DNA from: Eledone cirrhosa
Lineage: Eukaryota
Assembly: GCA_964016885.1 (NCBI GenBank)
Contig: OZ024751.1
Location: 28,644,001 to 28,708,000, forward strand
Length of the DNA stretch: 64,000 bases
Direction: 5' to 3'
The notes under the pieces: generated by a model
The model's input: the letters and a program-made list of their open reading frames with translations, nothing else
Databases searched by the model: none
Told to the model about the DNA's origin: nothing
Position numbers and translations under genes: made by a program
Part shown: in pieces, positions 13,559 through 26,848 of the stretch
Layout of the letters: the number at the start of each line of letters is the position of its first letter
How positions within the stretch are numbered: the stretch's first letter is position 1

Positions 13559-14658
13559 CCAAAGAACTTGTAAAATTATTAACTGAGAAACATTCATTAA
13601 ACTCTGCCATTAAAACTAGTTAAGTATTCAATAATGAACTATTAACTAGGGTTGTAATAATAATAATAACATTAACTACTAATTAATTGTTACTATGGTA
13701 ATAATAGCAACAGCAGCAGCAGTATTAACAGCAGCAGTGACAGCAGTAACATGGGATGTTAAGATTAAACAATAATGTTGTTATTGTTGGTGTTGGTGTC
13801 GTTGGTGGTGGTGGTGGTGGTGGTGGTGGTGGTGGTGGTGCTAATCATAAGTGTGGGAATGTAGGAAATACAGGGGGTGATGGGCGGGAGGGGTGGGGAG
13901 ATATATGGACCTCAGTAGTGGGGTGGGGGTGGGGTGAGAGAGTGTGAAAGGAAGAGAGGTAGAAAGAGTGTGTAGAAGAGTGAGATAGAGGAAGAAAGAA
14001 TGTGAAAATGAGAGAGAGAGAAAGAATAAGTGTGAAAGAGAGGTAGGAAGAGAAAGTGAAAAAGAGATAGCAAGATAGAGGGTGAAAATGAGAGAGAGAG
14101 AAAGAGTGTGAAAGCAAGGTAAGAAGAGAAAGAGATAGAGAAAAAGAGAGAGAGAGCAAGATAGAGTGGAAAAATGAGAGAGAGATAGAGATAGAAAGAG
14201 AGAGAGAGAGAGAAACTCAGGAACCACAGCTTTATGCAACCTATTGATGGTCAACCAGTTTTTTCTTTCTTTGTATATCTGGAGTTAAATTGTCCATTGT
14301 ATCTTTACAATGTTGATAAAATATGTCAGTGTGTGATTTTAGGGGAATCTGGTTATAATTTCTAGCAGACCGTAGTGAACACACAGTGGTTCCTTTGTTG
14401 GGTTTTACTGAAATATTTAGGGCATAAGAGAGAAAGTTGTAATGAATCACCATTGTTGAATTGCTGTAGCAGATGGTCACTCTTCACACCCTCCTCCTTA
14501 TAGTTCACCTATTGTAGTTGTTATAAACAGTTATGGTGGTCCCCTGGGTGGGTGATCAGCCCTTGGTAATCAATGAGATCTGAAAACCCCTAGTTGGAAT
14601 TTGAACTCAGAACACAAAGTGCCAGAAAAGATACAGAGAGGTGTTATCCAATACTTAA

Positions 14659-14877
14659 CCCTTTAGCATTTACATTGCTCTATAGTTACTATTGTATTTT
14701 TGTGGTAAAGGCTTTACCTCACATAATTATCACATAATATCGAATCTATGAGATTTTGATATTATTCATTTCAAGAATAATACCTTAACATCGGTACTAG
14801 TGTCCAGTTACAACCGATTTGAACAGAAAGAGGTAAGAGAATTCTGGGCAGATATGGCCAGTTTAAATGCTAAAGGG
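14659..14877. mobile_element. piggyBac-type MITE
   Basis: TTAA|CCCTTTAGCATTTA ... TAAATGCTAAAGGG|TTAA: perfect 14-bp TIRs and a TTAA TSD. Confidence 0.9.
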
Positions 14878-14975
14878 TTAAGCAATTCTACCAATCACCA
14901 CCCTGGACTCTGCAGGGCTGGATTAATAAACCATCAAGCAAAATAAGACATATGCTCAGGGCCTCAAGAGAAGAA

Positions 14976-15251
14976 TGGCATGAGCTAGTGGTAGGGTGTT
15001 GGACTTATGATCATAATAGTGTGGACTGGGTTGTGGGTTGTGGGTTGTGTTCTTCAACAAAACACTTCATTTGATGTTGCGCCTGTATACTCAGCTGAAA
15101 ATGAGTATTGGCAGTAGCTGGAGATTTAACCCTGTAGTAGACTGGTGTTCTGTCCAGGAGAAATTCTTGGACTCTCAGTCACTTTATGCCATGGACATCG
15201 GGATAAACACTGACCTGATGAGCTTCCTGGCTCAAGACAGACTTTAGGGTA
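14976..15251 (+). mobile_element. OR-like SINE with a 12-bp target-site duplication
   Basis: Homologous to 53359-53643. Flanked by TCAAGAGAAGAA at 14964-14975 and 15252-15263. Its 3' end is duplicated at 15268-15356. Confidence 0.85.
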
Positions 15252-16280
15252 TCAAGAGAAGAACGTGTCAGTCACTTCACGCCATAGATACCAGGATAAA
15301 CAATGACCTGATGAATCTCCTGGCTCGAAAGAGATTTTAGGGTAACAAAGGAAGAAGGACACCATTCTATTCAAATTAAATGTAGTTGTCATTCCTCACA
15401 ATAAAACTATTTTGTAGACTTTATATTAGTTGGTGGTAGAGGAAACTCATTTGGACATCACTTCTACACATGTATGGAATACAGGCTATATATGTTTATA
15501 CAAACTAATATTTATTTCATATATTGTGTTAAATATGATTTCATTTTCTACTTTACTTTTCCATCAAGGATGAAAGATAGAAATTGACCTCGGCTGAATT
15601 TGAACAGATATCACAAGATATTCTACTATCCAATGTTGTAAAAGCTCTCTGCCAAATTTTCTGCCATAAAATAAACATGAATGCATTACTCAAAGACATA
15701 GACAAAGCTATGTACGTGAGATAAAGCAAAGTAATTCAAACTGAGTAATGGAAACAGAATCCCCTTTGCCAAGAACTTGCTTTCCAACACCACCCTTCTA
15801 CAGAAGTGGGTAGGTGAGGGCTCCACTATACAGGGGGAGATATTACCACGCCCTTAATAAATAATAGGGCTAAAGAAATTTTGCATTTTTTTTCTTCATT
15901 TTTTCCTTCTCTCTCTCTTTCTCTATCTATCAAATGTTTCACTTGAGCGATCCTATTTTACTAGAAATTGCTGAATAAAAGACACAATTTATAATATTTC
16001 ATGAAAAAGGAAGTGGCAGAGGAGGGGAGGGGGGTGATATCCCTTTTAGGTGTAGTGGGAGGGTGTGGGTGTGGGTGTATGTGGGGGGTGGGGTGAGAAA
16101 ATGGAAAGAATGCAGCCAGTCATTATTATGGTTATTAATATTGCTAGCATTACCACAGTTACCATCATAACTAGCACCTCCACCTCCACCACCACCTGCA
16201 TCATCATCATCAACATCAACATCAACATCATCATCATCAACACCATCATTATCACTACCACAGTTACCATCATGATTAGC

Positions 16281-16353
<73 letters not shown>

Positions 16354-16511
16354 ACATCATCATCACTACCATGACCAGCAACTCCCCCACCACCACCATC
16401 ATCATCATCATCAACATCATCATCACTACTACAGCTAACACCATGACCACCACCACCACCACCACCACCACCAGGTAAGCTAGAATGATTGACTTCATTA
16501 GTGGCTGTCTG

Positions 16512-17160
16512 GCAGTGTGTATGTGACAGTGTGTGTGTATATGTGTGTATGTGACAGTGTGTGTGTATATGTGTGTATGTGACAGTATGTGTGTATATGT
16601 GTGTATGTGACAGTATGTGTGTATGTGACAGTATGTGTGTGTATGTGACAGTATGTGTGTATGTGACAGTATGTGTGTATGTGACAGTATGTGTGTGTAT
16701 GTGACAGTATGTGTGTATATGTGTGTATGTGACAGTATGTGTGTATATGTGTGTATGTGACAGTGTGTGTGTATATGTGTGTATGTGACAGTGTGTGTGT
16801 ATGTGACAGTATGTGTGTATATGTGTGTATGTGACAGTATGTGTGTGTATGTGACAGTATGTGTGTATATGTGTGTATGTGACAGTATGTGTGTATATGT
16901 GTGTATGTGACAGTGTGTGTGTATATGTGTGTATGTGACAGTATGTGTGTATGTGACAGTATGTGTGTATATGTGTGTATGTGACAGTATGTGTGTATAT
17001 GTGTGTATGTGACAGTGTGTGTGTATATGTGTGTATGTGACAGTATGTGTGTATATGTGTGTATGTGACAGTGTGTGTGTATATGTGTGGATGTGACAGT
17101 GTGTGTGTATATGTGTGTATGTGACAGTGTGTGTGTATATGTGTGTATGTGACAGTGTGC
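16512..17160. repeat. GTGACAGT-anchored TG/TA minisatellite (18/20/28-bp units)
   Basis: GTGACAGT(A/G)TGTGTGTATATGTGTGTAT and shorter variants. Confidence 0.95.
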
Positions 17161-17371
17161 ATGTGTGTGTTGCAATGTATATATGTATACAGTATATACA
17201 GTATATATGTATATATGTGTATGAGGCTATGTGTATGTGTTTGAGCAGTGTGTATATGTGTGAGGCTGTGTGTATATGTGTGAGGTTGTGTGTGTGTGTG
17301 ATCAATGAGGCTGTGTGTGTGTGATCAGTGAGTCTCCACTTGTATGTATGTACGTATATATATGTATGTGT

Positions 17372-17978
17372 CAGGTCACCAGTTGGTGCTACTGGTAACA
17401 TGTATCCCAGTACAACCTGTCCCATGGTCGGGTCGTTGGCGACTAAACTGGCAACCCCACCAAGGTTTCTTGGTGAGGAGGGTGACTTTGGACATCCTGC
17501 AGGACTAAAAACAAAACCTGTCAAAGGGCAAAGGAGCTCTTAAGAGTCAATGGCCATCCAAAATCACCGGGAGAGATGACCCCTTAGCCTTTGTCAAGGC
17601 AGAATTCTAAGAGAAGGAAAACTCTGATATAACACCTGCAACCCTGATGGTATCCAATGATGTTGACTTGTTCTTCTTTATGGTAAATATCATCCTGGTT
17701 ATGAGAGTGGGACTGGCTTTGTGCAGTGCCTTTGCTCACTATAAGAGCTTCACGGCACAGGCATTGCTTTATATCTGGAGATCTCTCTGCACTTGTCGTC
17801 ACCTGGTACTATGGGCCCAGCACTGTGTGTCAATAATTGTCACAAGTGTAGTGTTTGTACCAGAGTTTTCAAGTCGCTGGCTGAACTAAAAAGTCACACT
17901 TGTTCAGCGCATCGGTAGGGGTTCTCCTACATGGATATAAAGTAGTGGCCGTACTCGAAAACGAGTTGGCAGCCACCA
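17372..17978 (+). mobile_element. Probable isolated 5'UTR fragment of an RTE-type LINE
   Basis: GC-richer island between microsatellites. Contains GGCAGAATTCTAAGAGAAGGAAAACTCTGA, which resembles an RTE 5'UTR motif as I recall it, plus several hairpins. No ORF. Confidence 0.5.
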
Positions 17979-18096
17979 TATATGTATGTATATATGTATG
18001 TATGTGTGTGTGTATGTATGTATGTGTGTGTATGTGTGTGTATGTATGTGTGTGTGTGTGTGTGTAGGTATGTATGTATGTATGTATGTATGTATG

Positions 18097-18135
<39 letters not shown>

Positions 18136-18316
18136 ATGTATGTGTGTATGTATGTATGTATGTATGTGTGTGTGTATGTATGTATGTATGTATGTATGTA
18201 TGTATGTATGTATGTATCAGTGTGAAGCAGTGCTACTTAAAACCAGCTCCAATGAATGCTGTTATATAGTTGCATGTATACAATGGTACAGTTATAAAGT
18301 TAAGTAGTATTGGTAA

Positions 18317-18620
18317 GGTGATGGTGGGGATGGTAGAACTGATGGTGGTGATGGTGGGGATGGTAGTGGTGATGGTGGGGATGGTAGTGGTGATGGTGGG
18401 GATGGTAGAGATGGTAGAACTGATGGTGGTGCTGGTGGGGATGGTAGTGGTGATGGTGGGGATGGTAGTGGTGATGGTGGGGATGGTAGTGGTGATGGTG
18501 GGGATAGTAGCACTGATGGTGGTGCTGGTGGGGATGGTAGAACTGATGGTGGGGATGGTGGGGATGGTAGAACTGATGGTGGTGCTGGTGGGGATGGTAG
18601 AACTGATGGTGGGGATGGTT
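18317..18620. repeat. 21/30-bp G-rich minisatellite
   Basis: GGTGATGGTGGGGATGGTAGT and GAACTGATGGTGGTGCTGGTGGGGATGGTA units. Confidence 0.9.
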
Positions 18621-19308
18621 AGAATGATGATGATAATGGTGATGGTAGTGGTGACGATGTTTATGTTGTTGGTCATGAAGGCGATGGAGGTGTTAGTAGT
18701 GGTGGTGGTGTTGATGATGATGATGATACTGATGGTAGTGGTGGTGAGGTTACTGATAAGGATGATGATGATGATGATGATGATGATGGTGATGATGGTG
18801 ATGATGATCATAGTAGTGGTAGTGGTAATGATGATGATGATGGTGATGATGGTGATGATGGTGATGATGGTGGTGGTAATGATGATGATGATGGTGATGG
18901 TGAGTAACCAGAGAATGCCAAAATATCACCCATGTCTGGTAGCTATACTACACTACATGCCAGATGTTGTTAATTAATCAATAAATTTAAAGCAATGTTA
19001 ACTAGATAGGTGATGGCTGGGGGTGGGGGTGAGTGTGAGGGGGTCAGGACAGGGATGGGGATGGAGGTAGGTAGGGCTAAATAAATATGCAAATGAAAGT
19101 GTAGAAATAATACCACCAACTGCAGTGAACAGTTGTATGTGTGTATATGTATATATATGGTTTGTATATATATGTATATATATATATATATATATAGATA
19201 CATATATACATATATAGATACATATATACATGTATCTACCTACATTATATAAATATATATACATGTATGTATATATATATGTATATATATATAGTTTTAA
19301 TATAGAAG

Positions 19309-19359
19309 AGCTTCTACAGGACTAGAACTGTTTCATTCGTGAGAAATCATCAGGGAGCT
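19309..19359 (-). ncRNA. Type-I hammerhead ribozyme motif in a Penelope-like element terminus
   Basis: Minus strand: AGCTCC CTGATGA t-ttc-tcac-gaa-t GAAA cag-ttctagtc-ctg TA^ GAAGCT. Full core, GUA cleavage triplet, palindromic CTAG in loop III. Confidence 0.75.
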
Positions 19360-19841
19360 GGCAGTCCAAGTAAGTAGTGGTATTTATATCTTTTCTTTTC
19401 TGGTGGTAGGAGAGGGTGGGGATTGGGATGGGTGGAGGTCATTGGTTGAATGATTTAAAGAAAAGGGAGTTCATTAAAAGTTAATTCTTTAAAGCTTTAG
19501 TATTAACAAAGGCAGGAAGAATACTGTAAACAAAATCATGTTTGGAATACCAATCCTAGTTTATCACTGAGACTAACAATGGCTGTAAGACAGGTGTCTA
19601 CAGGTGTCTACAGGTGTCTACAGAGTTCAATGTTTTAAAGAAAAGGGAAATTCTTTAGAAGCTAATTCTTTCAGGCTGGAATAAGGGTGACAAAGGCAGA
19701 AGAGAGGGTTCCATCAACAGATTCAAGTGTTGGGATGATTCCCTTTATTGTGAAGTTTCTCTTAATATATATTCCAGGTGTCCACAAGCACATTCACACA
19801 CTTGCCCACTTACACACGTACACACACATACACGCACACAC

Positions 19842-19872
<31 letters not shown>

Positions 19873-19951
19873 CAGTGTGTCCCCAAAAATGTATACATAT
19901 ATTTATTACAATGCTTTTGAAGTGAGTATACATTTTGGGGGGGACACCCTG
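19873..19951. mobile_element. Tc1/mariner-type mini-MITE (79 bp)
   Basis: TA|CAGTGTGTCCCCAAAAATGTATAC ... GTATACATTTTGGGGGGGACACCCTG|TA. Confidence 0.8.
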
Positions 19952-20293
19952 TATATATATTTATATACTGGGAACACCTGTTGTATGGAATATATGCCTA
20001 CATTCAAGTCTTAGCTTTTATATTAAGTCTATTCCACACCATACTCCACCAGTATACATCCATGTTCTTCTGAGTTCCTCACAGTTTGTTTGGAACACTA
20101 AAGTTCCTTTAACTTCCTCCACAACATATCCACATCTTTCACTGTAACAGTTTAAGTTGTCAACTTCACCAGCTCAACTATTGTTTTTTTTTTTGCTATC
20201 TGACTAAGAAACTTTCCTACCAGACCAGATCAATACACTTTCGTACCAGAGATGTCACAGTACATATACACTATATATACACTACACATACAC

Positions 20294-20324
<31 letters not shown>

Positions 20325-20554
20325 TAAATATGCACTATATATACAACTATTGCATATTCCTTATATGGTATATACTAAATATATGCTATATACATAATAC
20401 ATGAAATAACGCTAAGAGAGATGTTATGTGTGTGTATATATATATATATATATACATGTATATATATACATATATACACATATTTAATTACATAGAGCAC
20501 TCTTCTTTCCTTTAACTTTTCTAAGTGAATACTTAACCTATATATATTCAGTAT

Positions 20555-20682
20555 GTGAGTCTGGATTCAATCGGGGGTAACCACAGTAAGTAAGGTACTC
20601 AATACATAGCAGAGTATATACAAGATGATTTCCTTCAAATGAAACAGTTCCAGTCCTGTAGAAGCCATTTCTATATTAAATC
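20555..20682. mobile_element. PLE terminus with internal inversion (partial hammerhead on +)
   Basis: GGTAACCACAGTAAGTAAGGTACTCAATAC..GCAGAGTATA in the same orientation as 52058, followed by the hammerhead segment in the opposite orientation. Confidence 0.65.
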
Positions 20683-21508
20683 TTATATATATATATATAA
20701 CATGTCTTAATATTATTTATATATGATAAACAAATATCATTACCCACGTCTCTCTTAGTGATTAATGTATGTGAGTTATAGGTTAGTATTTCTAACTTAC
20801 AGGCCTTGGTTGGTGATGATGGCTGGGTAACAATGAGGTGTCAGAGGAATTCTGTTACCCAGTGATAGTTATAACTTCAAGGTAATGTCAAATAATACTA
20901 ACAACTAATGCATTGCAGGACTATAGATGCATTAATAGTAATAGATAAGATGAAACGATGATGATGATGCATTTATGTATGTATATATATATGTGTATAT
21001 GTATGAAAAAAGTAAAAGAGAAAGAGAGAGAGAGAGAAAAAATCATATAGATATGAGGAACTATCTGTAAAGTGATACAGAGGGTAGAGAAGATTTTAAA
21101 AAAAGATAATAATAATAATAATAATAATAATGGTGATGATGGCGATGATAGAAAACTGAGAAATGGTTAATGCAAGAAAGCAAGTGAAGAAATAAGACGA
21201 TACTGAAAAATATATCATCTTATATATATGTATTTACATACATAACATACTCACATGCATTATATATATATACACATATATATATTAAATATATATATAT
21301 AACATATTCATATACATTATATATATATATATTAAATATATATATATAACATATTCATATACATTATATATATATATATATGTACACATATATATATTAA
21401 ATATATTTATATAACATATTCATATACATTATATATATATATATATAACATATTCATATATATATATATGCATATATATATATGCATATACATATATATA
21501 CATTTATT

Positions 21509-21582
<74 letters not shown>

Positions 21583-22118
21583 TGTGTATAAACACACATA
21601 GATCGGTAGAGAGCAAAAATGACTGCTATAGACAGGAGAGAAAGATGAAGAACATGTTAAACTAACAAAATACATTTAAAAAAAAACCACACACACACGA
21701 CAAAAACACGGTAGAAAACCCCACAAAAAAACACATGTACATAGTGAAAGGAAAATAATGTAGGTGGCACATGTGATAGTGGGTGAGGTGGTGGTGGGGT
21801 GGGGAGTGACATGGAGGGAGGGGGGACATGGGGGGTGGGGGACATGGAGGTAGGGAGGAAGGAGGGGGCGATTATCTGCTAATCTACAGCATTCAATGAT
21901 AAAAGGTCCTTTCCAGAGAATCATTAAAAAAATATGGAAATATACATGTTTGTGTGTGTTTGTGATGCGTACATGTACGTATATATATGTATATATATAT
22001 TTATATATATATATTTATATATATAGTGTGTGTGTGTATGAATGTGATGCATGTATATATATACACACATATATACATACATATATATTATATGTCTCTG
22101 CCTGTGTATGTGTGTGCT

Positions 22119-22169
<51 letters not shown>

Positions 22170-22534
22170 GTATACATACATATATATATGTATGTAAATA
22201 TATATATATATACACACACATATATATAAGGTGTGAGTGTCTGTGCGTGCACACTTATGTGATTTAATCAGAATAATGTATTTCACAGTGGGATAAAAGA
22301 GAAATTTTCTTTACAGTGTAAATAGCCCACAGAGAGAAAGAGAGGGGAGGGGGGGGGGAGAATGAAAGTGTATGTGTGTGATAGAGAGAGGGGGAGAGGG
22401 GGAGAGGGAGAGTGATGTAGTGTAGAAAGCTGTTGTCAGTATAATGCTTGTTGTTTGAATAGGAAAACCTGAGAGAGTGAATTTAATATGATTCTTCAAT
22501 TATTTAACTTGGATTCACACATAGAAGAAATGTG

Positions 22535-23085
22535 CCACTGACACTGGCACGCTGCGACACACCGGCAGAGCAACACATTCATACTGTGACATAGTGACAC
22601 AGGCATACAGTCACACAACACAGTGACGCAGGCACACACAGTGACATAACAGTTCAGTGACAGTGGCACGAAGTGATAGTGACATGGTGACACAGAGACA
22701 CTGGCACACAATAGCACAGTGACACACTGTGACACAGAGACAGCGTGACACAGGGACAGCTTGACATAGTGACATAGAGACACAGGCACACAATGACACA
22801 CTGACACAAGCACGCACTGACACTGTCACACAGTGACACAGAGATAGTCTGACATAGTGACACAGACATATTGGCACACAGTGACAGACAGAGACAGCGT
22901 GACATAGTGACACTCGCACACAATGACACATCCACACAAAGATACATACACAGAGCAACATATCCACACTAACTGAATCATACACACGCATACACCAGTA
23001 ACACATTGACAGAGTGTGGCATTCACACGAGCATGAAATACCCTCACAGCCACACACTGACATGCAATGGCACAATGTGACAGAG
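22535..23085. repeat. Degenerate GTGACA(C/T)A satellite
   Basis: Many GTGACACAG/GTGACATAG motifs. Confidence 0.75.
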
Positions 23086-23611
23086 TTTCAAGTCACAAAG
23101 TATTGGTGAATGAAGCAATATAACGATGTATGTGTATATGGACCTGTAACTCCTGATGGAGTCCTAGGGTTACACAGTGTTTCTTGGGCATTTTAAAAAC
23201 TTTCCAGAGCTCATCTTCTCTCCACAACCAATTATTTCCAGAGAAGGAGGGAGATATATCCAGACACCAAAAGTGACAAAGAGACACATAGGAAAAATTT
23301 GACCCAGTACTGGACTGATTCTTCAATTTATTGAAGAATGTAAGGCAAAGTTGATCTCAGAGTGCAGAGAGACAAAATGAACTACAAAGCATTCTATCTG
23401 ATGTTCTGATGACTCTGCCTAATATAAAGGTAGAAGAATTCAATTCTTCTCCATTACCGTATTGAGATCTTTAATCACTGAAATCACTCAAAAATAAACC
23501 AATCGAGAAAAGAAAAAGGAATAGAAAACAAAAAACAACAATCCATGTCACCCCTATCACATATACACAGGGTACCCCATCATATATATACAGGGAAGCC
23601 CATCATATATA

Positions 23612-23940
23612 TTGATCGATGGTCTGTGATGTAGAGCACTGTGATAGTGTATGGATCCATGATCTTTAATGTACAGTACTGTGATAGTGTATGGATCCAT
23701 GATCTTTAATGTACAGTACTGTGATAGTGTATGGATCCATGATCTTTAATGTACAGTACTGTGATAGGGAATTGATCACTGATTTGTAATGTAGAGCACT
23801 GTTATGGGATATTGATCACTGATCTGTAATGTACAGTACTGTGATAGGGAATTGATCACTGATTTGTAATGTAGAGCACTGTTATGGGATATTGATCACT
23901 GATCTGTAATGTACAGCACTGTGATAGGGTATTGATCTCT
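23612..23940. repeat. 40-bp minisatellite, ~8 copies
   Basis: GATCTTTAATGTACAGTACTGTGATAGTGTATGGATCCAT and variants. Confidence 0.95.
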
Positions 23941-24218
23941 AATCATCATGAGTGTAAACCTGACATATTATTGACAGTAAGTTATCTAATATCAACAAAA
24001 TTTTCCTTACAAATAAACATTGTTTTCTTCGGTTTTTTTTTAGTATCTTGTTCTTTTGTTGTTTTCTATTTCAATGCAATACAACAATAATTAACAACAA
24101 CAACAACAATAATAATTTCTCTATATATACAACAAAAGAATATTTACCAATAATATTGAGACAATATTTTAACCACATACCATATATAGTTAGGTCAATC
24201 ACTGAATTTTACTAAAAT

Positions 24219-24253
<35 letters not shown>

Positions 24254-25879
24254 TTTATATTGTTTTTGTATTTGTTTTGTAAGATTTTTTATGTGAACTC
24301 GTATGTTGAAACAAAATATTGCTATACTTTGGTGGGGTCACATTCCCAATAAGAATACATGCACCAGTTGAGGTTCACTTTAGTTTTAATTTTAGTTTAT
24401 TAGTTAGTTAAATAAATAAATACGACAATTACATAAATATCGGGTTAGTAAACTAACCAGGAATGGATTATTTAACTAACTAATAATATAAACTGAAGTA
24501 TAATAATACATATATATATATAGATATATATATATACATATGTTTAAGAAGAAGGACACAGCACAAATATAATATTTATAACAAAGTACATTTAGAGCAG
24601 TTGACAAAAAGCCATGATAATAACGATAATAATAATATCAATAAAAACAACAATAACAACAACATCAACAATAATGATAATAATAACAACAGCAGCAATA
24701 ATTATAATAAAAACACAACACCAATGGTAAAATACACAAAGTCTTTAACCCAGGGAATTTACAATACAATGAAAACGAATGTGGAGAAAAAAAATTTTTT
24801 TTTAAATTCAACTCATGAGGAACCAGTTGCAGATAGTGAGGCCATTTTTGGAGAAAAAAAAAACTTAAAACTTGACCAAGAAATTCTTGAGACCAAAGAA
24901 AGAATATTAAAAAAACAGATATATATATATATATATATCACTGATGAAAATGTTCTATGTAGAGACTATCAAAGTTTATCAATAAATCAATCATATCTTA
25001 CTGAGATTGATTAAACAAAGACCAATAAAAATGAGAACTTGGCAAATGGTGACTTAAAAGAAGGACGTTGTGAGGGAAGAGAAAAATACAGATAAAAAAA
25101 ATACCACACGAGAAATATAATAAAATGTTATCCAAAATATAAGGTAAAATTCTGAGCTAGAAATTATACGATGCAGCAAGAATATTTTCTAACCCTACTG
25201 ATAAAAAAAGACAAAGGAAAAGAGACAAGTGCAAAGAATCACTGAGAGAATTAAAACTACCATTTTCATATATTTTTTGACAATTTTCCCCAGTTAATTT
25301 TTGAAAAATGAAACAACTACAAATAATAAAATGAAATGGGAGCAGGGATCAATGGGGGAAGGAAAAGCAAAAAAAAACATAAGACCTGGTTTTATACCTC
25401 AACATAAATGGGATGTCTATTAAACCTTTTATATATATATATACATATATATACACAAATATATATATGCATACATGCACACAGATATATGTGCATACAT
25501 ACATATATATATATAATACACATATATATATATATAAATATATTATATGTAAATATTTGTAGAAAATGGAATGCGTAAAAAAAAATCAAAATTTTAAAAA
25601 AGTATTAAAAAGAAATTTTTTAAAATAACAAACAATATTAAAAATTATATATAAAACAAAGATATATATATATATATAAATATATATAAATATATATATA
25701 TTATAAATCGTAGAATAAGAATAATAATAATAATCGTAATAATAGCGATAATAATATATTAACATGAATCTAAAACGTCCTTAAAAGATAATAAGAACCA
25801 TAGATATAAATATAGATATAGATATATATGATATATATATATGTAAAATGATGAAATTGGGATCAAATCTTTTACTAAC

Positions 25880-26021
25880 CTGCAAGGCTATTAGTATTAT
25901 ATGAAATGTCACCCCCAAGCTGATGGTCCATAATGGTAGTCCCAAGCACCTCGCCAGTGGAATTGTCCAACCCTGTGGAGTAGGGGACATAACATTCAAT
26001 TGGACAATGGAAACACACACT
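25880..26021 (-). CDS. Candidate exon A of an unidentified minus-strand gene (paralogue of exon B)
   Basis: TTCTTTAG| ... CAG|GTTAGT, 142 nt. Open as SVCFHCPIECYVPYSTGLDNSTGEVLG...SLA or as MSPTPQGWTIPLARCLGLPLWTISLGVTFHIILIALQ. Confidence 0.5.
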
Positions 26022-26226
26022 CTAAAGAAGACACTAAAATCATCACTAGACCTCTTCCAATAAAAAAACAACGGGAAATAATCATAATGATAATAATAAT
26101 AATAATAATAATAATAGTAATAATAATAATAGTAATAATGATAATGGTTATAATTAGAACAATTACCAAACAGTAATTTACATGGACTTAAGAGTTAAGG
26201 TAATATATTTAGATATATATATATGT

Positions 26227-26266
<40 letters not shown>

Positions 26267-26379
26267 TTATCTTTCAGATCTAGTAAAAAGTAGTTTCTAC
26301 AGATTTATCGAAGTAAATGATTGTAAACATCAATAATAATAATAATAATAGATAAATAAATGAAGAAATAAATAATCAA

Positions 26380-26446
<67 letters not shown>

Positions 26447-26573
26447 ATGATAAAAATAATAAAAATAACAAAATGCTAAAAATAATTTTAAAAAAATTAA
26501 TAACAAAAATAAAATAATAATAATGATTATAATAATAATATAACAAAATAGAAATGATACGAAAACAATAATA

Positions 26574-26604
<31 letters not shown>

Positions 26605-26813
26605 TGATAATAACGGTAATGATAATTTTATGGAAGAAACTCTCTCTCTCTGTCTCTCTAAGTCTAAAATAAGTCGAGCCAAAATTATCTGAACACTTCA
26701 GACTAAATACTATTAAACAACTATTATGTATTAAATACATAAGATAAGAAACAGGACCTACACAGTGGAAACATGAAATGTATACACATACATTCGCACA
26801 CATTTGATAATAA

Positions 26814-26848
<35 letters not shown>

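Noticed and set aside
15205-15340. CTGATGA...GAAA in the OR-like SINE tail, resembling a hammerhead
   Set aside because: The other copies have AAGAC rather than GAAAC, and there is no stem III or cleavage triplet; this is the ordinary SINE 3' tail.
24601-25014. 137-aa plus-strand ORF
   Set aside because: A-rich low complexity, TTG start, no recognisable domain or splice context.
25880-26021. Resemblance of VPY..DKS.G to a muscleblind motif
   Set aside because: Too short and weak; no zinc-finger exons in the window, so no gene name assigned.
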